From Vulcanimicrobiota bacterium (GTDB lineage Bacteria; Vulcanimicrobiota; Vulcanimicrobiia; Eremiobacterales; Eremiobacteraceae): 64,000 nucleotides of DNA. Shown here one piece after another: positions 1 through 14,046 of this stretch. The notes beneath the pieces are model-generated. The model was not told the origin of the DNA. It worked only from the letters and a program-made list of their open reading frames with translations, and made no database searches. Numbering within the stretch: the first letter of the stretch is position 1; each line of letters starts with the position of its first letter. The translations under genes were made by a program, and so were the position numbers. The stretch covers positions 128,001 through 192,000 of the forward strand of contig CAWETU010000001.1 of NCBI GenBank assembly GCA_963812135.1. Direction: 5' to 3'.

Positions 1-809
<809 letters not shown>

Positions 810-816
810 AGCGCGG

Positions 817-1533
817 TTACTGGTTGTCGTGGAGGTTCACGTGGCCGATGTTGTTCGCCCAGTACCACGTGCGCTCGAGCGCGTAACCGATGTAACTGAT
901 GACGAGCCACTCGAATGCGCGGCCTTGCGGGAAGAGCGCGACGATGGCCAGGATCAGGCAGACATAGAACGTCACACCGAGAGAGCCCCAGAAGCGCGTC
1001 GATGTGGACGCTCTGGCTTGTGCGCGCATCGGCGCAGGCTCGAAATACGCGCGGCGTGCTGCGGGCGCGGCCGATACCGGCCGGTAATCAGCGGCGTTGG
1101 CAGCCGCTTGCGGCGTTCGCACGTACCCGCCCCGCGGGTTGGCGCCAAGCGTTTCGACAGCGGGGCCGCGTGACGCGACCGGGGCGAGCTCTTCGGCCGG
1201 GCCGCCGAGCATCTTGGCGATCTTGCGCCTGCCGTCGTCGTTGAGATCCACGAAGTCGGCGATCGTCCGATAGCCGCCGTGCTCGCCGATGGCCGTCTGC
1301 GATTTGACCTTGATCAGGCCGCGCGCCGACGAGTTGATGCTGCGCATATCGATGGTGGTGAACAGCACGGTGCCTTCGGGCACTTCCACCGGGAACGTGA
1401 CGACGAGACCCTTCTCATCGAGATGGGTCGCCTTGCCGGTGACATCGATCTTAAGATCGGCGTTGCGCGCGGTGACTGACACCGGTAGCGATAACGCTAC
1501 AGGAAGCTCGCCGGTGTCAAGTGCCTCAGCCAT
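817..1533 (-). CDS. Membrane-anchored hypothetical protein with a PilZ-like N-terminal domain
   Basis: 238-aa ORF; N-terminal beta-rich region ending FVDLNDDGRRKI as in PilZ folds, then a Pro/Ala linker and C-terminal hydrophobic segments. Confidence 0.55.
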   Translation of the reverse strand: MAEALDTGELPVALSLPVSVTARNADLKIDVTGKATHLDEKGLVVTFPVEVPEGTVLFTTIDMRSINSSARGLIKVKSQTAIGEHGGYRTIADFVDLNDDGRRKIAKMLGGPAEELAPVASRGPAVETLGANPRGGYVRTPQAAANAADYRPVSAAPAARRAYFEPAPMRAQARASTSTRFWGSLGVTFYVCLILAIVALFPQGRAFEWLVISYIGYALERTWYWANNIGHVNLHDNQ

Positions 1534-1571
1534 GCGAGTTCATACCTCTCGATACTGTATCGGCAGGTGTC

Positions 1572-4589
<3,018 letters not shown>

Positions 4590-4631
4590 GGAGATGGGTC
4601 TCTTTCGGCGCGGCCGACGGTGAATCCCGTG

Positions 4632-4664
4632 AAATGCGCGGAGCCCGCACGCCGGCGGGCTCCG
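4632..4664 (-). terminator. Possible intrinsic terminator after the tandem secreted-protein genes
   Basis: Perfect 10-bp stem CGGAGCCCGC/GCGGGCTCCG; only a weak U-tract on the minus strand. Confidence 0.4.
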
Positions 4665-4682
4665 TTCGCATCACCCCTGCGC

Positions 4683-5114
4683 TTACTTGCAGGTGTTCGC
4701 GTTCGTCGTGCTCTTGTCGATGCGCGTCGCTACGATCTTCCCTTCAGCCTTTCGGCCGTTGTAACCCCATTCGCCGTCGAAGTTGCGGCCTGCCGGAGTG
4801 AAGACGAGCGTCGCCCAGCCGGCGCCGCGTTGATCCTTCCATGTCGCAGTGGCCACGGTCCCGCTCAACGTCGCGCTGAGCTGCCCGCCGTGCCCGTAGT
4901 GGCCGACGATCGTGTCGTTCTGCTGCGTCAAGTGGATCAGGCCTTGCGTGAATGTGTTGCCGGTGGCTTGGACGCAGTACACGCCCGTGGCGTTGAACCC
5001 AGCAGCCGCAGTGCCTCCACTGTTGGCAGCGCGGGCTGAGCCGCCCGCGCCAAGGCACGCTGCCGCGAACAAGAGCCCCGCGAGCATTCCGAAGAAGAAC
5101 TGTCTCCGCGTCAT
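4683..5114 (-). CDS. Secreted small beta-barrel-like protein (paralog of 5131-5526)
   Basis: ATG at 5114 after a GAGGGG SD; MTRRQFFFG (Tat-like) signal; aligns with the neighbour (TGN..., LTQ..TIVG.YG, GAGW.TL, G.WGYNG). Confidence 0.7.
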   Translation of the reverse strand: MTRRQFFFGMLAGLLFAAACLGAGGSARAANSGGTAAAGFNATGVYCVQATGNTFTQGLIHLTQQNDTIVGHYGHGGQLSATLSGTVATATWKDQRGAGWATLVFTPAGRNFDGEWGYNGRKAEGKIVATRIDKSTTNANTCK

Positions 5115-5130
5115 TTTTTCTGGTCCCCCT

Positions 5131-5526
5131 CTAACTAGCTTTGGTGCCGACGATGCTGCCGTTGGATTTGTGGCCGTTGTAGCCCCACGTCCCAGAGAAA
5201 CCCTTAGCGTTGGGCGTGACATGGAGCGTGATCCAGCCCGCGCCGCTTGGGCTCTTCCAATTGCCGTTGATCTGACCGCCACTGACCATCGTGCCGGAGA
5301 TCTGTCCTTGCTTGTTGGCGCCGTAGTACCCGACGATCGTGTTGCCGCGCTGCGTCAAGTACAGTTTGCCGGCTTTGAATTCGTTGCCGGTCGTTTGGAC
5401 GTTCCACGTGCCGCTGATGTTGACCGTCGAGCTCATCATCGAGCTGTCGGCGCAGACCGGCTGTGCGTTGAATGCAAGCTCCGCGAACAGCGCAAGGGCA
5501 CCGCACAACAAAAGATTGCGTGTCAT
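5131..5526 (-). CDS. Secreted small beta-barrel-like protein
   Basis: Sec-type signal peptide; repeated (S)GTW/GNW strands; paralog of the adjacent gene. Confidence 0.7.
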   Translation of the reverse strand: MTRNLLLCGALALFAELAFNAQPVCADSSMMSSTVNISGTWNVQTTGNEFKAGKLYLTQRGNTIVGYYGANKQGQISGTMVSGGQINGNWKSPSGAGWITLHVTPNAKGFSGTWGYNGHKSNGSIVGTKAS

Positions 5527-5629
5527 TCGATCATCCTCTATTCAAAGGCAAATAGCGAAGAATGGATCACACCTTGGCGCGGCTGTTAGACCATCAAATG
5601 CGGCGTTCCCGCCGGCTCGCGAGCGCCCG

Positions 5630-6340
5630 CTACGAGAGCCGGTCGAGCGCCTGGGGCAGATCGCCGATCGTGACGATGGTCGCATCGGCGGGCCGCACGT
5701 TCGCCGGCGCGGTCTCGCCGCGGACGTTGACCCAGACCGCGCGCATGCCGGCCGCGTGCGCGCCGGCGACGTCGCGATTGAAGCGGTCGCCGACCATGAC
5801 GCTCTCTTCCGGTGTCACTTCAGCCAAGCGCATCGCGTGCTCGAATATCTTCGGGTCGGGCTTGACGAGTTGCATCTCGCCGGCGAGGATCACGTGATCG
5901 AAGAAGCGGCCAAGCTCGAGCCGAGCGATCTTCACGTCGTGCGTCTCTGCGAACCCGTTGGTGATGATCGACATCTTGTAGCGCCCCTGCAACCGGTGGA
6001 GCACCTGCACCGCTTCGGGAAACAGCTCGACCCGCTCGATGCGCAGCTGATCGTAACGCCGGGCGATGCGCGACGCCAGGTCCGGGTCGTCGACGCCGAA
6101 ACGGCGCAGCGCCGCGCGCCACATCGACGGCCGGATGTCACCGGGTTTGGGCGGCGGGGCGCCGGGCTCGAGGCTTTCCCAGAAATCGATCGCTGAATCG
6201 ACGTACGCGACCGCGAGGGCGTTCGCGTCGATGTTGAGATCGGGAGAGACTTCGCGCACCGCTGCTTCGGCGCAGCGCTCGAGCGAAAAAGTGTCCTCGA
6301 CCAGCGTGTCGTCGAGATCGAAAAAGATCGCGCGGATCAG
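5630..6340 (-). CDS. HAD-superfamily hydrolase (YjjG/YfnB-like)
   Basis: Motif I (L)[12 protein letters not shown] lies upstream of the ORF-track start; also ITNG, KP and VGD motifs. The only plausible start is CTG at 6340. Confidence 0.9.
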   Translation of the reverse strand: MIRAIFFDLDDTLVEDTFSLERCAEAAVREVSPDLNIDANALAVAYVDSAIDFWESLEPGAPPPKPGDIRPSMWRAALRRFGVDDPDLASRIARRYDQLRIERVELFPEAVQVLHRLQGRYKMSIITNGFAETHDVKIARLELGRFFDHVILAGEMQLVKPDPKIFEHAMRLAEVTPEESVMVGDRFNRDVAGAHAAGMRAVWVNVRGETAPANVRPADATIVTIGDLPQALDRLS

Positions 6341-8388
6341 AAGAGCGCTGCCTCGCGGACCGACTGTCCGAAGACCTTCGGCGCTTTGCGCGAGAGCGCG
6401 GAGTCACCGCCGTCGGGCAGCTGCTTGCGCAACTCCCAGAGCTCGTCGCGCAGCGCGGCGGCTTTCTCGAATTCGAGGCGGCCGGCGGCGGCGCGCATCT
6501 CCTTTTCGAGCTTCTCGATCGTGGCGAGCAGCACGTCGCGCGGCACCTCTTTGAGCTGCCGGCCCGCGACGCGCGCGCGCGTGTCATCGCTCGCGCCCAC
6601 GGACGAGAGGATGTCGCGCACGGCTTTGAGGATCGACTTCGGATCGATGTTGTGCTCGACGTTATACGCGAGCTGACGCTCGCGGCGCCGCTCGGTCTCG
6701 TTGATGGCGCGTTCCATCGATTGCGTCACGTTGTCCGCGTACATCAAGACGGTGCCGCTCACGTGGCGCGCCGCGCGGCCGATCGTCTGGATAAGCGAGG
6801 TCTCGGAGCGCAGGTAGCCTTCTTTATCCGCGTCGAGGATCGCGACGAGCGACACCTCGGGCAGGTCGAGCCCCTCGCGCAACAGATTGATGCCGACCAG
6901 GCAGTCGAATTCGCCGAGCCGCAGGTCGCGCAGGATCGAGATGCGCTCGAGCGTGTCGATCTCGGAGTGCAGGTAGCGCGCGCGCACGCCCATCTCGATG
7001 AGGTAGTCGGTGAGATCCTCGGCCATCTTCTTGGTCAGCGTGGTCACCAGCACGCGCTCGCCGGATTGGGCGCGCTTGCGCACTTCCTCCATGAGGTCGT
7101 CCACTTGGCCTTTGGTGGGCCGCACCTCGATCTTCGGATCCACCAAGCCGGTCGGCCTGATGAGCTGTTCGACGACCTGCGTCGAGCGCTTGCGTTCGTA
7201 CTCGCCCGGCGTCGCCGAGACGTAGACGACTTGGTTGACGTGCTTTTCGAATTCCTCAAAGGTCAGCGGCCGGTTGTCGATCGCCGACGGCAGCCGGAAG
7301 CCGTATTCGACGAGCGCTTCCTTGCGCGTGCGATCGCCCTGATACATGCCATGGACCTGCGGCAGCGTGACGTGCGACTCGTCGACGACGAGCAGCCAGT
7401 CGTCCGGGAAGAAATCGAGCAAGCAGAACGGCGTTTGGCCCGGCGCACGACCGGTGAGGTGGCGCGAGTAGTTCTCGATGCCGTTGCAATAGCCGAGCTC
7501 GCGCAGCATTTCGACGTCGTTGCGCGTGCGCAGTTCGAGGCGCTGCGCTTCGAGCAGCTTGCCCTCGCGATTGAGATAGGCGAGCCGTTCTTCGAGCTCC
7601 GCTTCGATGCTGCCGACGGCGCGCTTGAGCTTCTCTTCCGGCGTGATGAAGTGCTTGGCCGGGAAGATCGTGAGCTCGGACAGATCGTCGAGCATCTCGC
7701 CGGTCACCTGGTTGACGCGCGTGATGTGGTCGATCTGGTCGCCGAAGAAGTCCAGGCGGGTGATGATCTCGTCGTCGACGGCGACGAATTCGAGAACGTC
7801 GCCGCGCACGCGGAACGTGCCGCGTACCATAGCGAGATCGTTGCGCGTGTACTGCATGTCGACGAGCTTGCGCAGGAGCTTGTCGCGGTCGTAGTCTTGG
7901 CCGCGGCGCAGGTTGAGCGACATCTCGATGTAGTCCGACGGCGAGCCTAAACCGAAGATGCACGAGACCGATGCGACGATAATGGTATCGCGACGCGTGA
8001 GCAGCGACTGGGTCGCGGAGTGGCGCAGCCGCTCGATCTCTTCGTTGATCGACGAATCCTTTTCGATATACGTGTCCGACGACGCGATGTACGCCTCGGG
8101 CTGGTAGTAGTCGAAATAGGAGACGAAATATTCGACCGCGTTGTTCGGGAAGAACTCTTTGAACTCGCCGCACAGCTGCGCGGCGAGCGTTTTGTTGTGG
8201 CTCAGCACGAGGGTCGGCTTGCGGGCGCGTTCGATCGCCCACGCCATCGTCGCGGTCTTACCGCTGCCGGTCACGCCGAGCAGCGTCTGCGCGCGGTCGC
8301 CACGCTCGATGCCCTTCGCGATGGCGTCGATCGCGGCGGGCTGGTCGCCCGAAGGCTTGAAAGGGGCTTCGACTTTGAACTCAGGCAT
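6337..8388 (-). CDS. uvrB: Excinuclease ABC subunit B
   Basis: Start [44 protein letters not shown]-terminal UVR domain. Confidence 0.99.
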   Translation of the reverse strand: MPEFKVEAPFKPSGDQPAAIDAIAKGIERGDRAQTLLGVTGSGKTATMAWAIERARKPTLVLSHNKTLAAQLCGEFKEFFPNNAVEYFVSYFDYYQPEAYIASSDTYIEKDSSINEEIERLRHSATQSLLTRRDTIIVASVSCIFGLGSPSDYIEMSLNLRRGQDYDRDKLLRKLVDMQYTRNDLAMVRGTFRVRGDVLEFVAVDDEIITRLDFFGDQIDHITRVNQVTGEMLDDLSELTIFPAKHFITPEEKLKRAVGSIEAELEERLAYLNREGKLLEAQRLELRTRNDVEMLRELGYCNGIENYSRHLTGRAPGQTPFCLLDFFPDDWLLVVDESHVTLPQVHGMYQGDRTRKEALVEYGFRLPSAIDNRPLTFEEFEKHVNQVVYVSATPGEYERKRSTQVVEQLIRPTGLVDPKIEVRPTKGQVDDLMEEVRKRAQSGERVLVTTLTKKMAEDLTDYLIEMGVRARYLHSEIDTLERISILRDLRLGEFDCLVGINLLREGLDLPEVSLVAILDADKEGYLRSETSLIQTIGRAARHVSGTVLMYADNVTQSMERAINETERRRERQLAYNVEHNIDPKSILKAVRDILSSVGASDDTRARVAGRQLKEVPRDVLLATIEKLEKEMRAAAGRLEFEKAAALRDELWELRKQLPDGGDSALSRKAPKVFGQSVREAALF

Positions 8389-8487
8389 CTGATCTCCATG
8401 CAGGGGGCGAACGGCTCTATTCGGAGAACAAGTCAACGGGCCTCCGGGCCCATGTGTAGCTCTATCGTTTGACGGGAGACCGCTGTT

Positions 8488-9507
8488 ATGGCTACGGCAA
8501 AACCGGTCCTCTTCTCGGGCAATTCCAACCGCGCGCTGGCTGTCGAGATCGCGCATATGATGGGCACCCATGTGGGCAAAGCGTTGGTGACGACGTTCGC
8601 CAACGAGGAGTGCCGCATCGAGATCCACGAGAACGTGCGCGGCGCGGATGCCTTCGTCATCCAATCCATCTGCAAGCCGCCCGAGCCCGGCCGCTCGGTC
8701 AACGATTCCTTGATGGAGATGCTGCTGATGATCGACGCGCTGCGCCGCGCGTCGGCCTATCGCATCACCGCCGTTATCCCGTACTACGGCTACGCGAAGC
8801 AGGACAAGAAGACGAAAGGCCGCGAGCCGATCTCGGCCAAGCTCGTCGCCAACCTGCTCACGACCGCGGGCGTGCAGCGCATCCTCACGGTCGATCTGCA
8901 CGCGGCGCAGATCCAAGGATTCTTCGACGAGCCGGTCGATAATCTTACCGCCAGCTTCATCTTGGCCAATTACCTCATCAACACTAAGAAGCTGCGCGGC
9001 TCCGGCGTCGTCGTGGTCTCGCCGGACGCAGGCGGCGTGGCGCGCGCCGAAGCGTTTGCGAAGAAACTGCAGTCCTCGGTCGCGATCGTCTTCAAACGCC
9101 GGCCGCGGCCCGACGTCAACGAAGTGAGCGAAGTCGTCGGCGATCTCAAGGACAAGACCGCGGTGATCATCGACGACATGATCTCGACCGGCGGCACGCT
9201 CGTCAAAGCGTCAGAGGCGCTGCTCGAGCGGGGCGCGACGTCGGTGATCACCTGCGCGACGCACGGCATCTTCGCGGCGGGCGCGGCGCAGAAGCTCAAT
9301 GACTCGCCGATCACCGAGGTCATCGTCACGAACACGATACCCGTGCCGGACGACATCCGCGGCGAGAAGATCAAGGTGCTGTCGGTCGGCCGCCTGCTCG
9401 CCGAAAGCATCCGGCGCATCTCGGCCAATCGCTCGGTGTCCGAGCTCTACAACGACGCAGGAGCGCACGTTGGGCCAGGACGGCGTCGACGATCAACCAC
9501 TTTTTAG
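8488..9507 (+). CDS. prs: Ribose-phosphate pyrophosphokinase
   Basis: [47 protein letters not shown]. Confidence 0.97.
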   Translation: MATAKPVLFSGNSNRALAVEIAHMMGTHVGKALVTTFANEECRIEIHENVRGADAFVIQSICKPPEPGRSVNDSLMEMLLMIDALRRASAYRITAVIPYYGYAKQDKKTKGREPISAKLVANLLTTAGVQRILTVDLHAAQIQGFFDEPVDNLTASFILANYLINTKKLRGSGVVVVSPDAGGVARAEAFAKKLQSSVAIVFKRRPRPDVNEVSEVVGDLKDKTAVIIDDMISTGGTLVKASEALLERGATSVITCATHGIFAAGAAQKLNDSPITEVIVTNTIPVPDDIRGEKIKVLSVGRLLAESIRRISANRSVSELYNDAGAHVGPGRRRRSTTF

Positions 9508-9549
9508 TCTTGCGTCGGGCGCTCCGACGTAGCGTAGAAGAAAGGCATA

Positions 9550-10206
9550 ATGGAGACGATCAGCATCGCAGCAAAGCCCCGGTCGCAGACCGGCAGCCAC
9601 GCTGTCAACAAATTGCGCAACGACGGCAAGGTCCCCGGCGTCGTCTACGGTCATCAGTTCAGCGATCCGCTGCCCATCGTCATCGAGGCGCGCGACCTGC
9701 GCAGCGCGTTGAGCGGTCATAACATCAACTCGGTCTTCACCCTTGAGATCGAAGGCCGCGGCGCGACGCCGGTGATGGTGCACGAGCGCCAGCACGACAT
9801 CATCAGCCATCACCTCATCCACATCGATCTGTATGCGGTCAACCTCAACGAGGCCGTCGAGGCGAACGTCCCTGTCGTCGTGGTCGGCAACGCCCCCGGC
9901 GTCAAGGAAGGCGGCGTGCTCGACATCGTGCTGCGTGAGATCGCGGTCGAGGCGCTGCCTGGATCGATCCCCGAGCAGATCGAGGTCGACGTTTCGAACC
10001 TCAACATCGGCGACAACGTCCACGTGCGCGAACTGACGGCGCCGTCGGGCGTGAAGATCGTGGAAGAGGACGACGAGATCGTGCTCTCCGTGCTCGCGCC
10101 GCAAAAGGCGGAGGAAGAAGTTCCGGCCGTCGCGGTCACCGAGCTCGCGCAACCGGAGCTCATCGGCGAGAAGAAACCGGCCGAGGAAGAAGCCGAGGAG
10201 AGCTAA
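9550..10206 (+). CDS. rplY: 50S ribosomal protein L25 / Ctc
   Basis: LRNDGKVPGVVYG, HIDLY, GVKEGG, acidic tail; conserved prs-rplY-pth order. Confidence 0.95.
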   Translation: METISIAAKPRSQTGSHAVNKLRNDGKVPGVVYGHQFSDPLPIVIEARDLRSALSGHNINSVFTLEIEGRGATPVMVHERQHDIISHHLIHIDLYAVNLNEAVEANVPVVVVGNAPGVKEGGVLDIVLREIAVEALPGSIPEQIEVDVSNLNIGDNVHVRELTAPSGVKIVEEDDEIVLSVLAPQKAEEEVPAVAVTELAQPELIGEKKPAEEEAEES

Positions 10207-10207
10207 G

Positions 10208-10813
10208 GCGCACTCGCCGGACGATACCCGCACGCCCCGGAGTCCGCGCCTCATCGCCGGGCTCGGCAATCCGGGGCGTTCGTATGCCCGCACGCGTCAC
10301 AACATCGGCTTCCGGGTCGTCGAGGCGCTCGCGCAGGCGCACGCGGCGCCGCCGTGGCGTAACCGCTTTCAAGCGCGCGTCACGCAACTGCCCGATCTCG
10401 ACACCATCCTGGCGCTGCCGCAGACCTTCATGAACCTCTCGGGCGAAAGCGTCGCGCAACTCATGCCGTACTATAAGATCTCCCTGCGCGGCCTGCTCGT
10501 CGTCGCCGACGATGTCAACTTGCCGTTCGGCCGGCTGCGGATGCGGCGCAGCGGCACCGACGGCGGACATAACGGTCTCAAGTCGATCATCGGATCACTG
10601 CATTCGACGGGGTTCGCGCGCCTGCGCGTCGGCGTCGGGCGCCAAGACGGCGACCTCATCGATCACGTCATCAGCAATTTCACGAAGGAAGAGGAAGCTA
10701 CGCTGCCCGAGGTCATCGGGCGCGCCGTCGCGGGCATCGAGACGTTCCTCGACGCCGGCGTCGAGGCGGCCATCGCGCAGGTCAACGCCGCAGGTGGAGA
10801 TCCGCATGCCTGA
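10208..10813 (+). CDS. pth: Peptidyl-tRNA hydrolase (start codon unresolved)
   Basis: In-frame LIAGLGNPGRSYARTRHNIGF upstream of the ORF-track start; PQTFMNLSG, GGHNGLKS, RLRVGVG. Confidence 0.93.
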   Translation, partial: AHSPDDTRTPRSPRLIAGLGNPGRSYARTRHNIGFRVVEALAQAHAAPPWRNRFQARVTQLPDLDTILALPQTFMNLSGESVAQLMPYYKISLRGLLVVADDVNLPFGRLRMRRSGTDGGHNGLKSIIGSLHSTGFARLRVGVGRQDGDLIDHVISNFTKEEEATLPEVIGRAVAGIETFLDAGVEAAIAQVNAAGGDPHA

Positions 10814-11036
10814 CGCCACCACGCAGATCGGCCGATTGCTCATCGGAGCCGGTATCGTCCTCGTCGTCGCGGGCGTGCTCTTCATCCTGGCTCGGCCGCT
10901 GCATCTGGGCGCGCTGCCAGGCGATATCACCGTGAGCGGCAGAGGGTGGCAGGCGACATTGCTGATCGGGACGTCGCTCGTGCTTTCGGTCATCCTCACG
11001 CTCGTGCTGAACTTGCTGCTTAGACGACCTCGATGA
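10806..11036 (+). CDS. DUF2905-like small membrane protein
   Basis: Two hydrophobic helices around LGALPGDI...TSLVLSVILTL. Confidence 0.8.
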   Translation: MPDATTQIGRLLIGAGIVLVVAGVLFILARPLHLGALPGDITVSGRGWQATLLIGTSLVLSVILTLVLNLLLRRPR

Positions 11037-11739
11037 TCGCTGCCGCCGGATCCCACCGCGGGTTCTCGCCCGCGTAACCGCGCGGGTTGCTCACCACGCG
11101 CGTCGCACCGATGCGGTAGTCCACCGCGTCATGCATGTGACCGTGCAGCCAGAGCTGCGGGCGCAGCTCCTCGACGAAGCGGTCCATGTCGCTCGCGAAA
11201 AAACCGTTGAGGGGCGAGCCCGCGAAGCGCGGATGCTGGCTGCGGTATGACGGCGCGGTATGGGTCACGACCACCGCGCGCTCGCCCGCGCGCTGCAACT
11301 CCGCGCGCAGCCACTCGCGCGTCGAGCGGTGCACGGCCATCAGGTCGTCGACGGTCACGCCGCGCATGTCGAACCATTTGAGGACGCGCGCGACCGCGGG
11401 CGCGTCGAGCCCGCCGCGCATGTCGGTCCACAGGTTGGCGCCCAAGAAGGTCACGCCGCCGATGTCCAAGCGATCGCGCTCGAGCAGATGCACATTTGGA
11501 AAATCCGCCACCGCGGCGCGAAAGGCCGGCAACACTTCATCGAAGCGCTTGTGGTCGAACTCGTGATTGCCGAGCACGATGATGGTTGGCACCGCCGGTT
11601 GCTTGTGCTGCAGCCACTGCGCAAGACCCGTGGGTTCGACGTGGGTGTCGCCGGCGATGACCAGCACGTCGCCAACTGTCTCGAACGGCGCGAGCGGATT
11701 GGATTCGACGTGCAGATCCGAGACGAGCTGGAGCTTCAC
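11020..11739 (-). CDS. Calcineurin-like metallophosphoesterase
   Basis: SDLH, AGD, GNHE, THTAP, HGHMH, NPRGY. Confidence 0.9.
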   Translation of the reverse strand: MKLQLVSDLHVESNPLAPFETVGDVLVIAGDTHVEPTGLAQWLQHKQPAVPTIIVLGNHEFDHKRFDEVLPAFRAAVADFPNVHLLERDRLDIGGVTFLGANLWTDMRGGLDAPAVARVLKWFDMRGVTVDDLMAVHRSTREWLRAELQRAGERAVVVTHTAPSYRSQHPRFAGSPLNGFFASDMDRFVEELRPQLWLHGHMHDAVDYRIGATRVVSNPRGYAGENPRWDPAAAIIEVV

Positions 11740-11761
11740 GTCGAATAAATTCGACCGCTAC
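11740..11761 (-). repeat. GTAG-type REP-like palindrome, copy 1
   Basis: GTAGCGGTCGAATTTATTCGAC on the minus strand, identical to 50345-50366. Confidence 0.75.
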
Positions 11762-12330
11762 TGCGGCGTGCGGCGGCTGCCGGGGTCGGTGAGCGGCGCG
11801 CGATCGTGGCAGAGCGGACACTGCGCGGGATCATAGTCGCGCAAGGGCAGCTCGAGCAACGCGGTGACCGGCAGCGGCAGCGACGGCCTGCCTCGTTTCA
11901 CGACTGCGCCGATCGCGACCAGGTTGCCGCCGGCGCGCTGCACGACGTCGACCACCTCGGAAGCGGATTTGCCCGTCGTCATCACGTCTTCGATCACGGC
12001 GACGCGCTCGCCGGGCGCGATCGCGAACCCGCGGCGCAGCACGGGAACGCCCGCCTCCTTCTCGACGAAGATGTCGCGCACGCCCAACGCTTTCGCGACG
12101 ATGTAACCGGGGATGATTCCGCCGATCGCCGCGCTGATCACCAGATCCGGCGCCGCGCCGCGCAGACGATCCGCGAGCGCGGCGCAAACCGCCTCAGCCG
12201 TCGGCGGATCCTCGAAGATGCGGAACTTCTGGATGAAGCGATCGCTGTGCAAGCCCGACGAGAGCAAGAAATGTCCCGATAGCATGGCGCCGCGCCGCTC
12301 GAGCAGCGCGAGGACTTCCTGCGGCGTCAC
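11758..12330 (-). CDS. pyrE: Orotate phosphoribosyltransferase
   Basis: GHFLLSSGLHS, VIEDVMTTGKS, pyr operon context. Confidence 0.95.
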   Translation of the reverse strand: MTPQEVLALLERRGAMLSGHFLLSSGLHSDRFIQKFRIFEDPPTAEAVCAALADRLRGAAPDLVISAAIGGIIPGYIVAKALGVRDIFVEKEAGVPVLRRGFAIAPGERVAVIEDVMTTGKSASEVVDVVQRAGGNLVAIGAVVKRGRPSLPLPVTALLELPLRDYDPAQCPLCHDRAPLTDPGSRRTPQ

Positions 12331-12331
12331 G

Positions 12332-13051
12332 TCAGATCGCGCCCAACGGTTTGACGGACGCGAGATCGGCCAGAATTGCGCGTGCTGCCGCGGCAGGATC
12401 GGCCGCTGCCGTGATCGGGCGTCCGACGACGACGAAATTCGCGCCGGCTAAGGCGGCCTCGAGCGGCGTCGCGACGCGCCGCTGGTCGTCCGCGCCCACG
12501 CCCGCCGGCCGGATGCCGGGGCAGACGGCGGTCAGCGAATCGCCTGTGCGCGCCCGGATGATCGAAAGGTCGTCCACAGCGCATACGATGCCGTCCATGC
12601 GGTTGTTCAGCGCGAGCTCGGCCCGCATCGCGACCAGCTCGTGCGGGTCCAAATCCTCGCCGGCCAGTACAAGTTCTTCTTTAGAAAGGCTCGTCAGTAC
12701 GGTCACCGCCAGCAGGCGCATGGCGGCGCCCGACGCGTTCGCTTCGTCGCGCGCGCGCGCGGCGGCGGCCAGCATCGGCCCGCCGCCTGACGCGTGGACG
12801 GTGAGCATTGCCGGGCGATAGCGGGCGAGCGCTCCAACGCCGGCGGCGACGGTGTTCGGGATGTCGAGGAGTTTGAGGTCGAGGAACAGGTGCAGCTCGC
12901 GGCCGCGCAGCGCTTCGATGATCCGGTCGCCGTAGCCATAGAAGGCCTGATAGCCGACCTTATACCAGCGGGCGACGGCGCTTGTCTTGTCCACCGCGGC
13001 GATCGCGTCATCGTACGTCGGCTCGTCGAGGGCGACGATCAGCTCGGTCAT
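12332..13051 (-). CDS. pyrF: Orotidine-5'-phosphate decarboxylase
   Basis: LIVALD, FLDLKLLDIPNTV, AVTVLTS, PGIRP, DDQRRVATP, VVGRPI. Confidence 0.97.
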   Translation of the reverse strand: MTELIVALDEPTYDDAIAAVDKTSAVARWYKVGYQAFYGYGDRIIEALRGRELHLFLDLKLLDIPNTVAAGVGALARYRPAMLTVHASGGGPMLAAAARARDEANASGAAMRLLAVTVLTSLSKEELVLAGEDLDPHELVAMRAELALNNRMDGIVCAVDDLSIIRARTGDSLTAVCPGIRPAGVGADDQRRVATPLEAALAGANFVVVGRPITAAADPAAAARAILADLASVKPLGAI

Positions 13052-14046
13052 CGCGGCGCCTGCGCTTTCTCGGGGCGACGATCGGCGGGCCAGCGCGCAG
13101 CGGCGAAGCCCGGATTGGCCAACCCGGTGAGCGCGCGGACGCTCGCGAATCCGCGCCGCGCGGCTTCCGCGGCGATCGCATCGCGCACGTGCATCGGCAC
13201 CTCGGGATCGTGGAAGTTGGCCGTGCCGATCGCGACGGCGGTCGCGCCCGCCATCATCATCTCAAGCGCGTCGCGACCCGAGTCGATGCCGCCCATGCCG
13301 ATGATCGGGATCTTCACCGTCTGAGCGGCCTCCCAAACCTGATACACGGCCACCGGCCTGATGGCAGGCCCGGTCAGTCCGCCGGTCCCGTTGGCCAACG
13401 TCGGGCGCGCGCGCTCGACGTCGATCGCCATACCGCGCAGCGAGTTGACGAGCGAGATAGCGTCGGCGCCGGCTTCTTCCGCCGCGCGGGCGATCGGCCG
13501 GATGTCCGTGACGTTCGGCGTCAGCTTCGCGATCACCGGAAGCGCGACTCGGCGTTTCACCGCGGAGACGACGGCGTCGGTCGCGCGCGGATCGACCGCA
13601 AAGCATTCGCCTTCGCTGTCCACGTTTGGACACGACACATCGAGCTCGATCGCGGCGATGCCCGGCAAGCAGTCCATCGCTGCGGCGACGTCGACGAACT
13701 CACCGACCGTGAATCCGGCGACGCTCGCGATGACGACCGTCGGCACGCCGGTGAGTTTCGGAGCCTCGTGTTCGACGAAGTATTCGATGCCGGGTCCCTG
13801 GAGGCCGATCGCGTTGAGCATGCCGGACGGCGTCAGCGCGATGCGCGGCATCTGGTTGCCAAGCCGCGGCTCTCGGGTGATGCTTTTGAGCGTGATCGCG
13901 CCGTACGCGCCGACGTCGATGATGCGCGCGAACTCCGCGCCGCGATTGTAGCAGCCGCTGGCCGCGATCGTGGCGTTCGCAAGCGTGAGGCGGCCGATGC
14001 TGACCGTCTGATCCGGCGCGTGCGCGGTCCCGTTGCGCTCGCTCAT
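13048..14046 (-). CDS. pyrD: Dihydroorotate dehydrogenase B, catalytic subunit
   Basis: ASG, GMLNAIGLQGPG, SCPNV, KLTPNVTDI, GGLTGPAIRP. Confidence 0.95.
   Translation of the reverse strand: MSERNGTAHAPDQTVSIGRLTLANATIAASGCYNRGAEFARIIDVGAYGAITLKSITREPRLGNQMPRIALTPSGMLNAIGLQGPGIEYFVEHEAPKLTGVPTVVIASVAGFTVGEFVDVAAAMDCLPGIAAIELDVSCPNVDSEGECFAVDPRATDAVVSAVKRRVALPVIAKLTPNVTDIRPIARAAEEAGADAISLVNSLRGMAIDVERARPTLANGTGGLTGPAIRPVAVYQVWEAAQTVKIPIIGMGGIDSGRDALEMMMAGATAVAIGTANFHDPEVPMHVRDAIAAEAARRGFASVRALTGLANPGFAAARWPADRRPEKAQAPR

Noticed and set aside
5600..5634. GTAGCGG at the HAD stop as a fourth REP copy
   Set aside because: Shares only the first 7 nt; the following palindrome does not match the family
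8389..8487. LexA/SOS box upstream of uvrB
   Set aside because: No GAAC-N4-GTTC or CTGT-N8-ACAG match seen
8389..8916. N-terminal extension of uvrB in the ORF track (859 aa)
   Set aside because: Overlaps prs on the other strand; UvrB similarity starts at ATG 8388, which has a GGAG SD
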